Assembly (NCBI GenBank): GCA_964016885.1
Contig: OZ024740.1
Location: 373,612,001-373,676,000, forward strand
Source: Eledone cirrhosa
Lineage: Eukaryota
Length of the DNA stretch: 64,000 bases
Direction of reading: 5' to 3'
Part shown: positions 27,038 to 40,346 of the stretch, in pieces
Position numbering within the stretch: the first letter of the stretch is position 1
Layout: every line of letters starts with the position of its first letter
The notes under the pieces: generated by a model
Database searches by the model: none
What the model was told of the DNA's origin: nothing
Seen by the model: only the letters and a program-made list of their open reading frames with translations
Translations under genes and position numbers: made by a program

Positions 27038-27329
27038 CGCGTGTGTGTGTGCGTGTGTGCGTGTGTATATATGTGTGTGTACGTATGCGTATCTATACAT
27101 GCATATTTACGTATCTCTATACGTATGTATACGGGTGCTTATAAGTGTATTATTCTTAAATGCGTTAGTGGAGGAATAGTAAGCCAGTAAAGTTCATAAT
27201 GTTAATAATTAAAGTGCACACTTTTAGGATTATTAGTATTAAAACTAATGTGTTCTTATTTATCTGTATTTTTACATTATACTTGTACTGTTTCGAATTT
27301 GTCTTAATTTCGAGTCACCTCTATTTTTC

Positions 27330-27810
27330 TTAGAGCTTAAGGAACGTTCTGATGATTTCTGCGTCAACGCTACTTTTATTGTTAATCGTCCGTCATTCAG
27401 GAATCTAACTATTAGAAATGCCTAACAAACCAATACCAATGTGCGGTATTTTTATTGAGACTTTCCGTAACCTACTTATTTCCCTAGCAAGATCCTGGAA
27501 CTTTTTCATATTTTCCTACGCTTTTTAGGGCACGCTTATGTCAACGGGAATGACTGCTTGTGACGCTTTGTCTATAATAATTCTGATAGGTCTTCCAGCT
27601 CATATTTCGCGGTTTCTCTGAGTTGTGAAATCATAAACAGTCTCTGCTTGGTGTTGACATAATTTTGCAGCTCATTTCAAACAATTTTTGACGGAAAATA
27701 TCCCACGTAGTCGCCGAGCTGAACAATCAGGCCGAGGCCTATAATCTTTCTGTGCCAAGTAGCTACAGACACTTAAATTGTGGGCTATTGACGCACCTTT
27801 TTCGTTTCAC
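27330..27810 (-). pseudogene. Old R4/Dong RLE-domain fragment (third lineage, not in ORF track)
   Basis: Manual translation: SIAHNLSVCSYLAQKDYRPRPD..YDFTTQRNREI*AGRPIRIIIDK..VDISVP..KFQDLAREISRL. Confidence 0.7.
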
Positions 27811-29889
27811 ATTTGCATTTAGTATCCTCACTAGTTTTGTCAATTTTTGCTTTAATATGATTAGTGAGTTATGCTTATGTTTAGGCAGCTATGATTAGAA
27901 TCAGTTCATTTGTAGAACACAATATAATTCAGCCACTACCAATATCTCTCATTAAATGAACCCGTATCACTCGCTTCTGTGACACATTATCGGCAGAGGA
28001 CATTTCTCCAAATATATCTTCCTCTTTCCCTTTCTTCTGTACTTTTGTGTGCTTTTGCATTTTCAACTTCCACATTATTGCTGGATATATAATCTTTTTT
28101 CAAAAATGTTCATAACATATATCTTTGTATTACTTTCTGTTATTTCAATATATATATATGGATACAAACACAGTCATGCACACGCACACAACTGAAAATA
28201 TCACACTCATACATACACATACACCCGCACACATACGCACGCACACATACACACATACACCCACATAAACGCACACACATATACACACACACAAACACAA
28301 AAAGCTGCGCGTATACTCGTGCCATGCGATACTAAACAAATCAGTATAAAACATAAGACGGCGTTCAATTTCTTCTGTAGCATTCACTACCCCTCATCTA
28401 ATACACATTGTACGGATCTGACGTTGTCTGTCCGTTGATATGCATTCACTACGTTTTCGGCAACTGTGCTATAGTAACTTCTTTCATCATCACACTATCT
28501 ACACTCTATCCGAGATCATTCCCTCTCCCTATTTAATCCCAACTGTTTTATATACATCTTCAGTACATATTTTCATACGCACTGTACTAACCGGTGTGAT
28601 AATTGCAGTCTCCTTCACCGACATACCTCCCTTCGACATATTAGTGGAGATTGCTCCACTTAATCTTACCCTTTGAAATCATATGTTCATATACCAATGA
28701 TTACATACATGTCACCCCTTTTATACGCGCTCTCAATTCTGAAACAAGGCATCTCATTTCTAGAAGTTAAGGAGACCTCGTGAGTCGAGTCAATGTCCGA
28801 ACACCTCCTGTGCATTGGCACCACGACAAAATGCATAGATACAGATCAGTTGTTCAAATGAATGAAGATTTGATGCTGAAGAGCTGTGCAATTCGCAAAT
28901 GTTTATATATTTATTTTTACCTATTTCTATATTGCCCTCGTAAAACATTGACCATTTATAATATTTATTAGCTATAAATGTATGGTTATAATGCTACTTT
29001 GCTAGTAGAAAAAGTACATTCTCTGATCGATTAAGCTTGCTGAAAGGAATGTAATGGAACCCCCCGAAAGAAATCCTCTGAATGATATAGAACACTTGTA
29101 CCCACAACTATACACAAATGGTATTTCTACAAAAAATACAAACTTGCTTAAACAAAATCTTTTCTCAAATTGTTTCAAATTCCCATCTGAAGAACATTTA
29201 TCTTCACAAGAGATTTATTACACTGAATTTCTAAACGCGTGGCATTGCAATATAGTGCACTATGATAAGGAAACTACATATATATCAAAGCCCACACAGC
29301 AGCATATATAAACATATTACTATGTGTTTGCGCACGTATCTGTGACTGATTTGATATTTCTAAATGTCTGAAAAGGAAAGAGTGAGGTTCATAGTATAAC
29401 GATATAATAATAGACGCTCGCTGAACTAGAGATAAATACACCTGAAGATTGGTTTTGCATTTTAGATCGTGTACAAAAGTGAAAATTATGTTTCAATTTT
29501 TCAAATTTTTATTAACGGTATGTTTTGAAAAGATATTAACTCCAAAGTAAAAGGTAATATATGTAACGTAATTCGTCAGTTTTAGAAGTGTGGAATGTAA
29601 ATAAAATGAAGCTTTAGCGCAGAACGAATATATATGACAGACATTGTATTTTCTAATGTGCATTGCCTTCAGAGCAAATCATGTTTTAATTTTCTCATCA
29701 TTTATTGAGTATTTGCTTAGCTATTATTTGATCGAGAGTCACTAAAGCATTTATTTTCTTATTTGCTTGGTTCCGTGGCAATATTGGTTTCCTAGAATAC
29801 TCATATTAAGTGAGATTGAAAACCATTAGAAAACATGTGAAGTGAAGCTATAACATAAACAAACGATCCCCTGAAACCATGTAAGTAAG

Positions 29890-29932
<43 letters not shown>

Positions 29933-29936
<4 letters not shown>

Positions 29937-30107
29937 ACAGCCTTACTTTTGTATATATACATATACATATATATATCAACAGCCTTACTTTTGTATATAT
30001 ACATATATATATATATATATAAATATAGATATATACCAACAGCCTTACCTTTGTATATATACATATATATATATATAAATATAGATATATATCAACATCC
30101 TTACTTT

Positions 30108-30110
<3 letters not shown>
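29933..30110. repeat. Four copies of an ~18-bp motif (tcaacagccttacttttg) embedded in (TA)n
   Basis: Copies near 29934, 29976, 30036 and 30092, separated by TA-derived spacers. Confidence 0.85.
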
Positions 30111-30162
<52 letters not shown>

Positions 30163-30193
30163 GCACACACACATGCGCGCACGCACGCACATT

Positions 30194-30254
<61 letters not shown>

Positions 30255-31408
30255 GTATATATATATATACATACATATATACACAAGTTAAATTATATTT
30301 GGGTTTACGAATATTTTTTACCCAAAATTGTATAAACATTACAGAAGGGAGAACTTGCAATTGGTAATACTGACACAATACATCAATGATAGTGATTCTA
30401 TTATAAACGACGCTCCTTATTCACCGATTTTCTTTTAACCGGTAAGCAGACAATTAGCGACGTCAATTGCTTACTGAAAGTACAAAACGGATCATTACGT
30501 GAACTATCCTATTCTTTCAGGACCTATGAATATTTATACGCCACCAAGCGTAACGCTGAAAATCAGAAAATTAATTCTTTGCATGCTTGAACACCAAGTA
30601 ATGCTGAAAAATAAGCAAGGAAGAAACGAACATGAAAACGAAAACATGGCATGTGATGATATCCAATATAATTTTTTTCTCTCTATCTTATTTTATCTCT
30701 CTCTCTCCTGTCTGTAGCTATATATCTATTCAAATGTCTATATCTATATACTTTTCTCTATGTTATGCTTCTTCTCCCTCAAACACTAGCTACGCCTTCC
30801 ATTTCATTATCTGTAACTCTTAATCTGTATAAAGCCCTTTGACTTATACATCTATATTATTAAAACACTTGGTTGGAATTTGCATACATGTCTGGATATG
30901 CTCGATGGTCACCAATGATTCATTCTGTTTTCTGTCTTTCACTCTATGTACTTCTAGGAAATATATTTTACTTCGTTTCTCGCTCACCCTTTCAATCCTC
31001 TCTTTCTTACTAATGATCAATCTTTGTGTGTGGCACTTCATCAAATGTTCTCACTCTCTCTCAGTGGCTTTATCTATCATACTTCATATATATATATCAG
31101 CTTTATTTTATGTTGTGCATTATAATTTTATAACAATTTAAAATATTTTTCCGACTCTCACTTTCTCTCTTTCCCGCTTGCTCTCTCCTTTCCATCTCCC
31201 TCTCTTTGTCTCGCCCTTTCTCTTCTTTACATATACACACCCATTCATTCGGTTTCATTCCATCATAAACTCCAGTTTATACTGCTCAGTCAATTTTGCT
31301 TAGTTCGAATATGCTCTCTCTTCTTTCTCTCCATCTTTCTCCCCTCCTCTCTTTCTCTTTCTCTTTCTATTTCTTTTCCTTCTCTCTATCTTCCTCTTTT
31401 TCTATAGC

Positions 31409-31439
<31 letters not shown>

Positions 31440-32893
31440 CTTCTTCTTCTATGGTCCTGCTCTGACACTTTCCCTTCCACTCTCACTTTCACACCCAATC
31501 CAACATACATACACCTACTATCACACATATAAACACATATTTTCTGTCTCTGTGCCGGTCTCGTTTTATTTATTTTTTTTTGTTTCTCCTTCTCTAAACC
31601 ACTTTTCCGATAACAGTTTATATATGCTCTGCCACGTCTGCAGTGTAGACACTACTTTGAATGTCGTTAATTTTCACAGTTACTTGTATATTCATCACTA
31701 AGTGATATTTTATTTAACGTTGCCTTCGCTCTCTAGAATTCTCGTAGTGTTCCTGTGACTTATTGATTTATGAAATGGCCTGCTTGCTATCGGATATTAT
31801 ATTTTAATATTTCCTTAAATTTGTTTGCATGATAAACTAAATACATCATTAACAGAAACGATATCCAACAACTATGAATTTTAATGTCACTAGTACATGA
31901 ATATCTACACATGCTCATGCATATGTATATGTGTGTCTATCAGATAACGTAATTGTAAAACATAAATTGAACTGCGTTATAAAAGCTGCAACATGATAAA
32001 GGATTTTATATGTGCACTAGCTTTAGATAATTTATTTAATAATAATCTGTCGAGGTTACTTGCAATACAACTGCCAATTGGCGAAATTTGTATAGCATAT
32101 TAATGACGCTGGTACACATGCACCCCACACATAGATACACACACGTATATATATATATATATATGTGTGAGAGAGAGATACGGACAGAGAGAGAAAAGGA
32201 GAGAGACAGACGGAGAAAGAGACAGACCAATAGGGAGAGACATAGAAAGACGGAGATGATGAGAGACCTATGGAAACTGTTACTCACCTTATGTCGAATG
32301 TTCAAAGAATATTAAAATTCTACACACACTCACACGCACAGACACATGCACGCACACACAGACACCCACACACACATTGGTGTATATATATGCCACGTTC
32401 TCTTCCTAGTGAAATCAGGATGTGACACAACTAATATTTGCCTGTTCATATTTATTTTGTGTGTGCGTATGTGTGAGATAGATATTTCAATATATATAGA
32501 TGCATTTATTGGTTGATAGATGAATAAAGGGAAGAAATATAGCGATAAGAATCGGATATATTTTATAAAATACTCTTCATGTCGAGTTTAGAATATACGA
32601 ATACCTGTAGGATTGCGTGTATTGCAAACAGCTCCTACCATTTAAATATTATAGTTGAGTATGTAAATTCGCATAAGGCCCCGTTTGGAGTGCCATATGT
32701 TGGCACATGGGCACTGTTATATAACATGTTTATATTATTTTCTCCATGTGAAAGCGTAATCAATTTTTAGGAAATGATTATAATTGTGAAATTAAATATT
32801 GTAAATACTTTCCAAAAAATAAACTAGTATATAAATTCTGAACTCGAAAACGAATACATGGTAACATTTCCATATACCTTGTATCCCTTAAAT

Positions 32894-34460
32894 CAGGGGT
32901 CGGCAACCCCCGGTCTGCGGGCCACATCCGGCCCTTGAGTGATTTTTGTCCGGCCCACCATCTTACACTGGATACTAATTATCTAATTAGTATCGAATAC
33001 AGATACAGTAGTTCACTTCAAGGTTCCCATCATGATGCCCATCACAAATCGCTGCTCTCACCGTATATATTTACAGATACCTTTGTAACCTTATTATATT
33101 TTCCATTTATTATTATTTCCTCTCATCCATCTTTTTCTGGGCTTTCCCTCAAGCATTATATCACCTGTATTATTATTTCCTGTGATTTCAGGTATGTGTT
33201 TTTGTTCCAGTCAACAAACATAAATGTTGGCTGTAAGTATGCATTTTCGTCAGCGACTGAAAGGTATACTACCTTACGGTTCGCAGGACTCGCTTTTATT
33301 CCCATATTGTTATTCAATAAAATCACTCGTGAATTATTGTCGTCTTCGTTTGCTTGAACTTACCTGTGCCCCCCGGCACAAGGTAAAGCTGTCTTCGGAA
33401 AAATTACTTCGTTCTCTCCTCCCCAGAGTATTTTCATTTGAGTTTGTGTCTGGTGGTATAACAACTATACAGTAGGTATCTTTATTCGATAATAACGTTT
33501 ATTTAATTATTTGTGATAAATTGTGTGAATTATTATTATTAGAATTAGGCCAAAAGTGGTTTAAAAAAACAAATGGCAACCCTGATCTAACAACGTCGTT
33601 AGAAACATCTTTTTATATAATTTATTCACAATTATCATATTTTATCGCATTACTGTATTTGCATTTACATTTGTTTTCGTTGTTTCTTATTTCTTCATTC
33701 TGATTATTATACTTTTTGTTCTTTTTCCTTTCCATAAATCTTTTTTGTTTGAACAAAAACAAGCCCATGGAAGCTAAGAAAAGAAAAGTCGATTTGGAGT
33801 GCCGAACTTTTAAGAAGAATATCAGTTGGAGTTAATTGACTTACAGTGCGACGTATCTTTGAAATCGAAATTTCAGTTGACTTCTACAAGAAATATATAT
33901 TGCCAAGCAGAAAATATAAAAACATCTTGTCTAATGCGAAATGATGATATCATTATTTGGAAGTACATATGCTTGTGAACAACTTTTTTCCAAAGTGAAA
34001 TATACTAAAAGTCATTTAAGAACAAGGTTGCGTGACTACCACCTGGATGATGTTTTGCTCCTGTCATCGACAAATATTTCATCTGATGTGGAGAAGTTAT
34101 CGCACAATAAGCAGAAACAAGTGTCTCATTAAATCATTTACCATTTCTAACTGTATTTGGTTTGTAGCAAGGAATTTCCTTTTTTTTTTGTTCATTTTGA
34201 TAGTAGTTGTTTTTCTGTTATTCCTGCAGTAAAATAAGGAAATTGCTTCTTTTTTTTGTTGAATGTGTTTGTAGTTTTTTTTTCTTTTTTTAGTTATTGC
34301 TGAAGTAAAATAAGGGGCCTTGTTAAAATAACATTATATTAAATTCCTTGTTTTGCTTTAAACCTCCAGAAAATGTATTTATATATTTAATAACATGGCC
34401 CTCCTCCATGACACTGCATAGCTGTTTGGCCCTCTCTCTCCAAAATGTTGTCGACCCCTG
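32894..34460 (+). mobile_element. hAT DNA transposon (SPIN/Charlie-like), internally deleted
   Basis: 14-bp TIRs caggggtcggcaac / gttgtcgacccctg (1 mismatch). Perfect 8-bp TSD ccttaaat at 32886 and 34461. Confidence 0.92.
33767..34132 (+). pseudogene. hAT transposase relic: N-terminus fused to C-terminal dimerisation domain
   Basis: MEAKKRKVDLECRTFK is joined out of frame to EYQLELIDLQCD...SLFGSTYACEQLFSKVKYTKSHLRTRL..QVSH*. Confidence 0.8.
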
Positions 34461-34617
34461 CCTTAAATGATCTAACTGAAACGGCATTGTCAGGTAGAAA
34501 AGAGTAAGTTATCCTTACCCACGTACCAGGTTATAGTATAATATCACATATAATCCCACGTATGGTATACTTCCGTCATTTCTTTTTTGTCTTCAAATCT
34601 TGAATTAATTGATGTCG

Positions 34618-34652
<35 letters not shown>

Positions 34653-35359
34653 AATTACATATAAATATCGGGTGTAAATAGTGGCTTAAATAAAGCAGAT
34701 ATCACTGTAGACATTTGTAAAGATAGATGTAATGATAATTGCAGAAAGAATACTGATATTGCGATAACTGATACGTTGGTTGTGTTCATATTACAAGTAA
34801 AAAGGAATAAGGGAAGAGGAAGGTTTCTTTGATATTTCATCTTGATATGTCTCCTTTAATTCGTAGCGTACTTCACATGCTTCTGCTTCCAGCTTAATCC
34901 AGAAATTTTAAATATTTTCTGTACACAGCTCGCGGGAGTTTTCTGTAATGTCTCCACACAAATACGCATTCTGATTTCAAATTGAAAATGCTAGAACTAT
35001 TCAAATGTTGAAAAGTATTAGCTGATATCAGCATTTACGTCTATTTCTAACTATGAAGAAACAAAAAATAAAGTATAAATTGATGGAATTGATTTGTAAA
35101 ATGTACAAGGGAGAAATCAATTGTGAAGAAGTATTTAGTCATTTGCAAGACTACCCATTCTAAATCATCTGTTTTCTGTGAGCTTTCGGAAGAATTTTCC
35201 AGTAGTGAGTAAAGAAACACTGAGGATATTAACGTTCAGCGTTGCTCCAGATATCACACGTCACCATGGGCATCCTCATGAATTTCAATAACGAATAAGG
35301 AAAATTGAAAATGATACTTTCTGGCATTTCCAGTAAACAAAAGTATTCACACTGATTGT

Positions 35360-35412
<53 letters not shown>

Positions 35413-36230
35413 AGGGAAGAAGTGGTAGAACATTGCCACACGGAACAGGAAATTACGTGGAACGTGGCGGAATAGTGTGTAAAGAGGTGGAAGAAAAGAA
35501 ATAAGGCGTATCAAAGATTAATGGGTCAGGGAAAGGAATTTGGCAAGGAGGTAGCAAGCTAGAAAAGAAATGTGCAACTTGAAAGAACACATCGAACACA
35601 TCTAAAAGTACACACACATGCAATAAATATATATATGGGAAGAAATATATGTGTATGTACGTACATGCAACATACGTGCACTGGTGTGCAACATATTTAA
35701 ATTGAAGGCTTAACGTTTCAGCTGGAAAAAAAAGAAGCATTGAGCTAAATGGAATGAAATGCAGTTATTGAATCTCTTGAAAAAATGTAGAATGCGCGAA
35801 AAGGAAAATATAATACAAGTTCCAATCACTATTATTATAATCAGACGCAAAAGCGGGTGAGAAGTACCTTGAAAGTTGATATATTATGAATAGAATAACA
35901 TTGCACGAAGAAGAGTAGCATCGTAGCTGGAAGAACGACATACTTTTTAACTTTGTTGACATAATATATCTAAATAATGTATAATACTAACAACGATAGT
36001 TATTAGAAATTCTCAGCATGTGCTTTTCTTTTCTATTTATAAATAAATATATTTGCTGTATTTATGTTGTAATAGAATACCGGTTGAAGTAAATTAATGC
36101 AATCTCCACAAGAAACTACATTGTCGGCTGTATAAAACAATTGTCACATTGTATACATACATAGCAAAGAAAGATCTTGAAAAGGGAGATAGAAAATGGA
36201 AACAGGCACACATACACATGAATATATAAT

Positions 36231-36299
<69 letters not shown>

Positions 36300-36300
<1 letters not shown>

Positions 36301-36366
36301 GGAAAAGTATGAGCCCGACGGCAGAGCTCAAGCCGTTTCATTTGGTTCCTTACCACAATTCCTTTG

Positions 36367-36371
<5 letters not shown>
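36300..36371. mobile_element. Family A two-headed micro-insertion (~70 bp)
   Basis: aggaaaagtatgagcccgacggcagagctcaagccgtttc (minus) joined to ..ggttccttaccacaattcctttgtt (plus tip), inside (TA)n. Confidence 0.7.
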
Positions 36372-36403
<32 letters not shown>

Positions 36404-36849
36404 ACAACAGTTAAAATAGGCATCCAGTATGTTAGTTGAGTATCGGCATATTTATTGCATTATAGAAATGACTTCTGCGGGACTATATTTGTTTTATACG
36501 TGACTGACAAATCATCAAATAAGTCAAGCAATTATTATCAGCTTCAGTATTTATTTTTTCCTTGGAAGGATTGTTGGAGATGATTAGTGGCACAGCGGCC
36601 AGGCGTTATTAGATGACAGACGCGATTCGTGATTCACCTGGAGGTCTGTCACAAAACCAGGCCCCAAAGAAATTCAACAGTCCACTCCTTCAGCGTCCGA
36701 CGTCGCTGTTGAACGCCATGAATTTATCTTTCCAGGTACCGAACTGGAAACCCAACAAAACATTTCCGGTTTCATCTTTGCTCCCATCAATCTCTCATAT
36801 TCCTCTAAAGAGTTTCCCTGCAACAGTTCACGTTAACGCATAAAAGCTC

Positions 36850-37232
36850 GAGAGGCAGCCCTCCCCGCTCGGACCCCCACCTCCCTCTCCCAACTCCACC
36901 CGCCACCACCCCTACACGCTTCACACCTTTCCACCACTTGTTTATATTTATGTTTATGTTTATGTTTATTTTTATGTTTATTTTTATTTTTATTGGTACT
37001 TCTTCAATCGTTTTTCCTCCATTTCTCTCTCCCCAGCTTTTCAGCTTTTTTTTAAATGCCTTTCCACCCCTCCGCCATGCACCCTCGGAACTCTCTTCCT
37101 ACCCTCTTTTCTCCAGATGAAGGGCGTATGCATGAAACGTTGTTCCCCACCCCCACTCTCAAAAGCGTGAACCTAACCTAATAAACACATATTTGTACTG
37201 CCTCTCTGTTTTGTTCCCGTCTAAGATTTAAC

Positions 37233-37235
<3 letters not shown>
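36850..37235 (+). mobile_element. Family G PLE pLTR with a degenerate HHR (37112-37143)
   Basis: Homologous to 51075-51468. Contains CAGATGA-agggcgtatgcat-GAAACGTT. Confidence 0.65.
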
Positions 37236-37263
<28 letters not shown>

Positions 37264-37503
37264 CCATACATTCATATATATATATATATATATATATAAT
37301 GGTGGAGACAGTGGAAGGTAATATCCGAACAGGAAGCACAACCGTACGAACGCGCATGCGCAGAAACCCATTCACTTCACACAGTCAATATTAGAATGCG
37401 TGCGAGAGGTGTAAGGGAGATAACTGGGAAGGTCTGAAAAGATTTTAGTTGAAAATAAAATTAGAAAGAATCAGACCGGAGCCTTGCAGTTATGCAATAG
37501 TTG

Positions 37504-37940
37504 TTAGGCGACGTGTGGACAACGTGTGAAAAATCCATTCCCCGTGTTTAGGCAATCACTGTTGCGTAATCTCTTTAGAATAGTTATTCGTTCGTCAAGA
37601 CATAAGCCACACGTCGGAATTCCCCTTGCGTATGGCTTGGACTTAATGATGGCTTTCCATTGAATGGAGTAGCCTATACTTGAGTCCTTGAGGGACCATA
37701 CGTGGCTCGCGAGTTTCGTGGATGAACGTCTGTCGGGGTACCTGAAGGTAGACTGGTGGTTCAGGAAACGTTCCTTAAATCGGCCCTCAGCCATGCCCAC
37801 ATAGGACTTGACCTCCTGTGGTTTGTTTGGTCTGTTGGAAGTGACAGCAGCTTCATAAATTACAGCTGGTGTGATGCATTGCTGTTGAAGGGGGCAATCT
37901 TCAGGCTTACGGCAAGAGCAGCCTGGCGGGGTGTTGCTCG
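37504..37940 (-). pseudogene. PLE GIY-YIG endonuclease domain (5'-truncated)
   Basis: CSCRKPEDCPLQQQC..VIYEAAV..YVGMAEGRFKERFLNH..LASHVW..CGLCLDE..LN..CPH. The ORF-track start codon comes from the inverted arm. Confidence 0.85.
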
Positions 37941-38061
37941 GACTTTCGCAGTTATCTCCGTTACACATCTCGCACGCATTCTAGTATTGCCCGTATGAAG
38001 TGACCGGGTTTCTGCGCATGCGTGTTCGTACGATTGTCCTTCCTGTCCCTTCCTGCCCATT

Positions 38062-38101
38062 CCGAGCTGAGGATCCGCTAAGGTGAAACAATTGTTCTCG
38101 G
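38062..38101 (+). ncRNA. Minimal type I hammerhead ribozyme
   Basis: ccgag-CTGAGGA-tcc gctaa ggt-GAA-ACAATTGT-T-ctcgg. Perfect 5-bp helix I and palindromic helix III. Confidence 0.8.
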
Positions 38102-38130
38102 TATAGTCAACTAACTGTTGTGTAACGACA

Positions 38131-38159
<29 letters not shown>

Positions 38160-38165
<6 letters not shown>

Positions 38166-38867
38166 GGAAAAATGAAACGAAATTTCATTTCCCACTCTTA
38201 GTACGACTGTTAATTAAATATAAGTATGTACACGTACATACATATGTGTATACAGACGTACAGTAGTATGTATATATATATATACATACATGCACACATA
38301 TATACATGTACGTATGGATTCACCGAACATTTATTATAATGCTCGGTGTGTTTGTAAACAAACATCCCGTATTAAGCCGTAGTGTCTAGCAACCATCGTT
38401 GCTCGTTTGTTCAACACTGACAAAGGAACGCTGTACTAGTTTCAAGCATATTAGCTATAGTGAGCCACATATACCTTCCTGCGAGATTGTTGAACGTATA
38501 TACTTAGCTTATGCATATTAACGGCTGAGTAGCCCAATTTGCATATCGAGTGGGTTAATCGGCCGGGTGCACCGAAAACGATAAACGGAAAAAATTAAAC
38601 AAACTTTCATTTCCCACCCTTATTGCGGCTGTTACTTAAATATAAGCTTCAAAGTAGTACAGTGTTCCTTTGTCAGAGGTGAACAAACGAGCACCGATGG
38701 TTGCTAGACACTACGGCTTAATACGGGATGTTTGTTTACAAACACACCGAGCATTATAATAAATGTTCGGTGCATCCATACCTACATGTATATATGTGTG
38801 CATGTATGTATATATATATACATACTACTGTACGTCTGTATACATATATGTATGTAAGTGTACATAA

Positions 38868-38870
<3 letters not shown>
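38160..38870. mobile_element. Family K fold-back insertion in (TA)n
   Basis: 38225-38450 is inverted relative to 38645-38865. 38166-38224 is repeated directly at 38587-38646. Degenerate HHR-like motif on the minus strand at 38630-38680. Confidence 0.7.
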
Positions 38871-38924
<54 letters not shown>

Positions 38925-38931
<7 letters not shown>

Positions 38932-39077
38932 AACTATACTATACATAATTTAGGAAGTAAAATTATGGTTACATTTGGAAGATGGTGTGTTACATCCTAA
39001 AGGTTCACAGGAAATATACATCTATACACAAAAAACACATGCACATAAATGTACACACACACACACTCAAATATATG

Positions 39078-39116
<39 letters not shown>

Positions 39117-39445
39117 TAAAATAACAGATTAAAGTTTAAGCAAAGAATCGCTGCTTTCACCCTTAATGGTATCTTCTACGGTTCTTATATACTTGATATA
39201 TATTTATCCTTATCGAGCCCTCTTTGGAATTTTGTCTTGAAATGTATTATTATTACTATATATATATATATATTATATATATATATATACACATCCATAT
39301 ATTTGTGTGTGTGTGTGTGTACATTTATGTGCATGTGTTTTTAAGTATAGATGTATATTTCCTGTGAATTTTTAGGATTTAACACACCATCTTCCAAATA
39401 TAACCATCATTTTACTTCCTAAATTATGTATAGTATAGTTTTGAA
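38925..39445. repeat. ~160-bp inverted duplication around a TA/family L insert
   Basis: 38927-39077 is the reverse complement of 39296-39445. Confidence 0.85.
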
Positions 39446-40056
39446 CACACGAATGTATCGAAAATGAGCGCGATTCTTAATCCACAGATTTAAGCCTTTA
39501 TTTTTGGCTTTACACCGGGAAAGATTTTAGGAAATTTTACTGTTTAAATTTCATTTCTTTTTATGCACAAAATTATTAGGCCTAATTTTATAGTTGGCAG
39601 CAATAACGTACCTACTTCATTAAGCTTCTCTTGTTTTGTGCGATCCATTCTTTTGAATAAAGTGGATATTAGTCACATCCCATTATTGCATTGTAATTTT
39701 TGACTACAAGAATAATTGGAATTCTTTCGTAATTGAGCAATAAAACAGATCTGGGAAATAGCGGCGAACAATATATCAAGTCAGATAACAACAGTTACAA
39801 TAGGATTCACAAACAAAATTCTGCAACACAGGGGCAGTAATAAACACCTAAAAAACATGTGTTCAGAAGTTCAACACAAGAATAACTAGTACCGTAATGG
39901 GACATAACAATATTACTTTTCTGAACCAAATATAAAACCAACGGAAAAAAAGTAAGAAATTGTATTTATTAAATATATTTAATGTGAACATAGTTGTTTC
40001 TTCAATGTAGAAGAATATATGGAAGAACAAACAACTCTGCGCAACACACACACGGT

Positions 40057-40134
<78 letters not shown>

Positions 40135-40251
40135 TAAACGGAATAGAAGATGCTGACAAATTGTTCACAGTAGAAAAATGGTTTAATTAGGAATAAAAGA
40201 GTATTAGAGATTGTATGGGTTAGTATTCAGTTGTGGTTTTAAGTTTTTAAG

Positions 40252-40290
40252 TTTTTACCGGTTGCGCATTTCTAAATGCTTTTCAAAAAT
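40252..40290 (-). ncRNA. HHR-like motif, U3-A8 with GCAA in place of GAAA
   Basis: Minus: ttt-TTGAAAA-gcattt ag aaatgc-GCA-ACCGGT-A-aaaa. Confidence 0.55.
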
Positions 40291-40346
40291 TATGTTGAGA
40301 TAGAGTGTCCGTGCTGTTTGCTCTGATCTGATTAGTTTTGGGAATT

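Larger units (their letters stand above)
37300..38132. mobile_element. PLE (Nematis-like endonuclease) with inverted pLTR, in (TA)n
   Basis: 37338-37437 is inverted relative to 37940-38036. GIY-YIG lies between them and an HHR is in the right arm. Confidence 0.85.

Noticed and set aside
28400-28680. Possible CR1/Jockey 3' relic (SLRFR..LSEIIPSP)
   Set aside because: Similarity is too faint to support without a search.
35150-35340. Possible hAT C-terminal relic (FPVVSKETLRIL)
   Set aside because: Only a short motif, with no TIR or TSD found.
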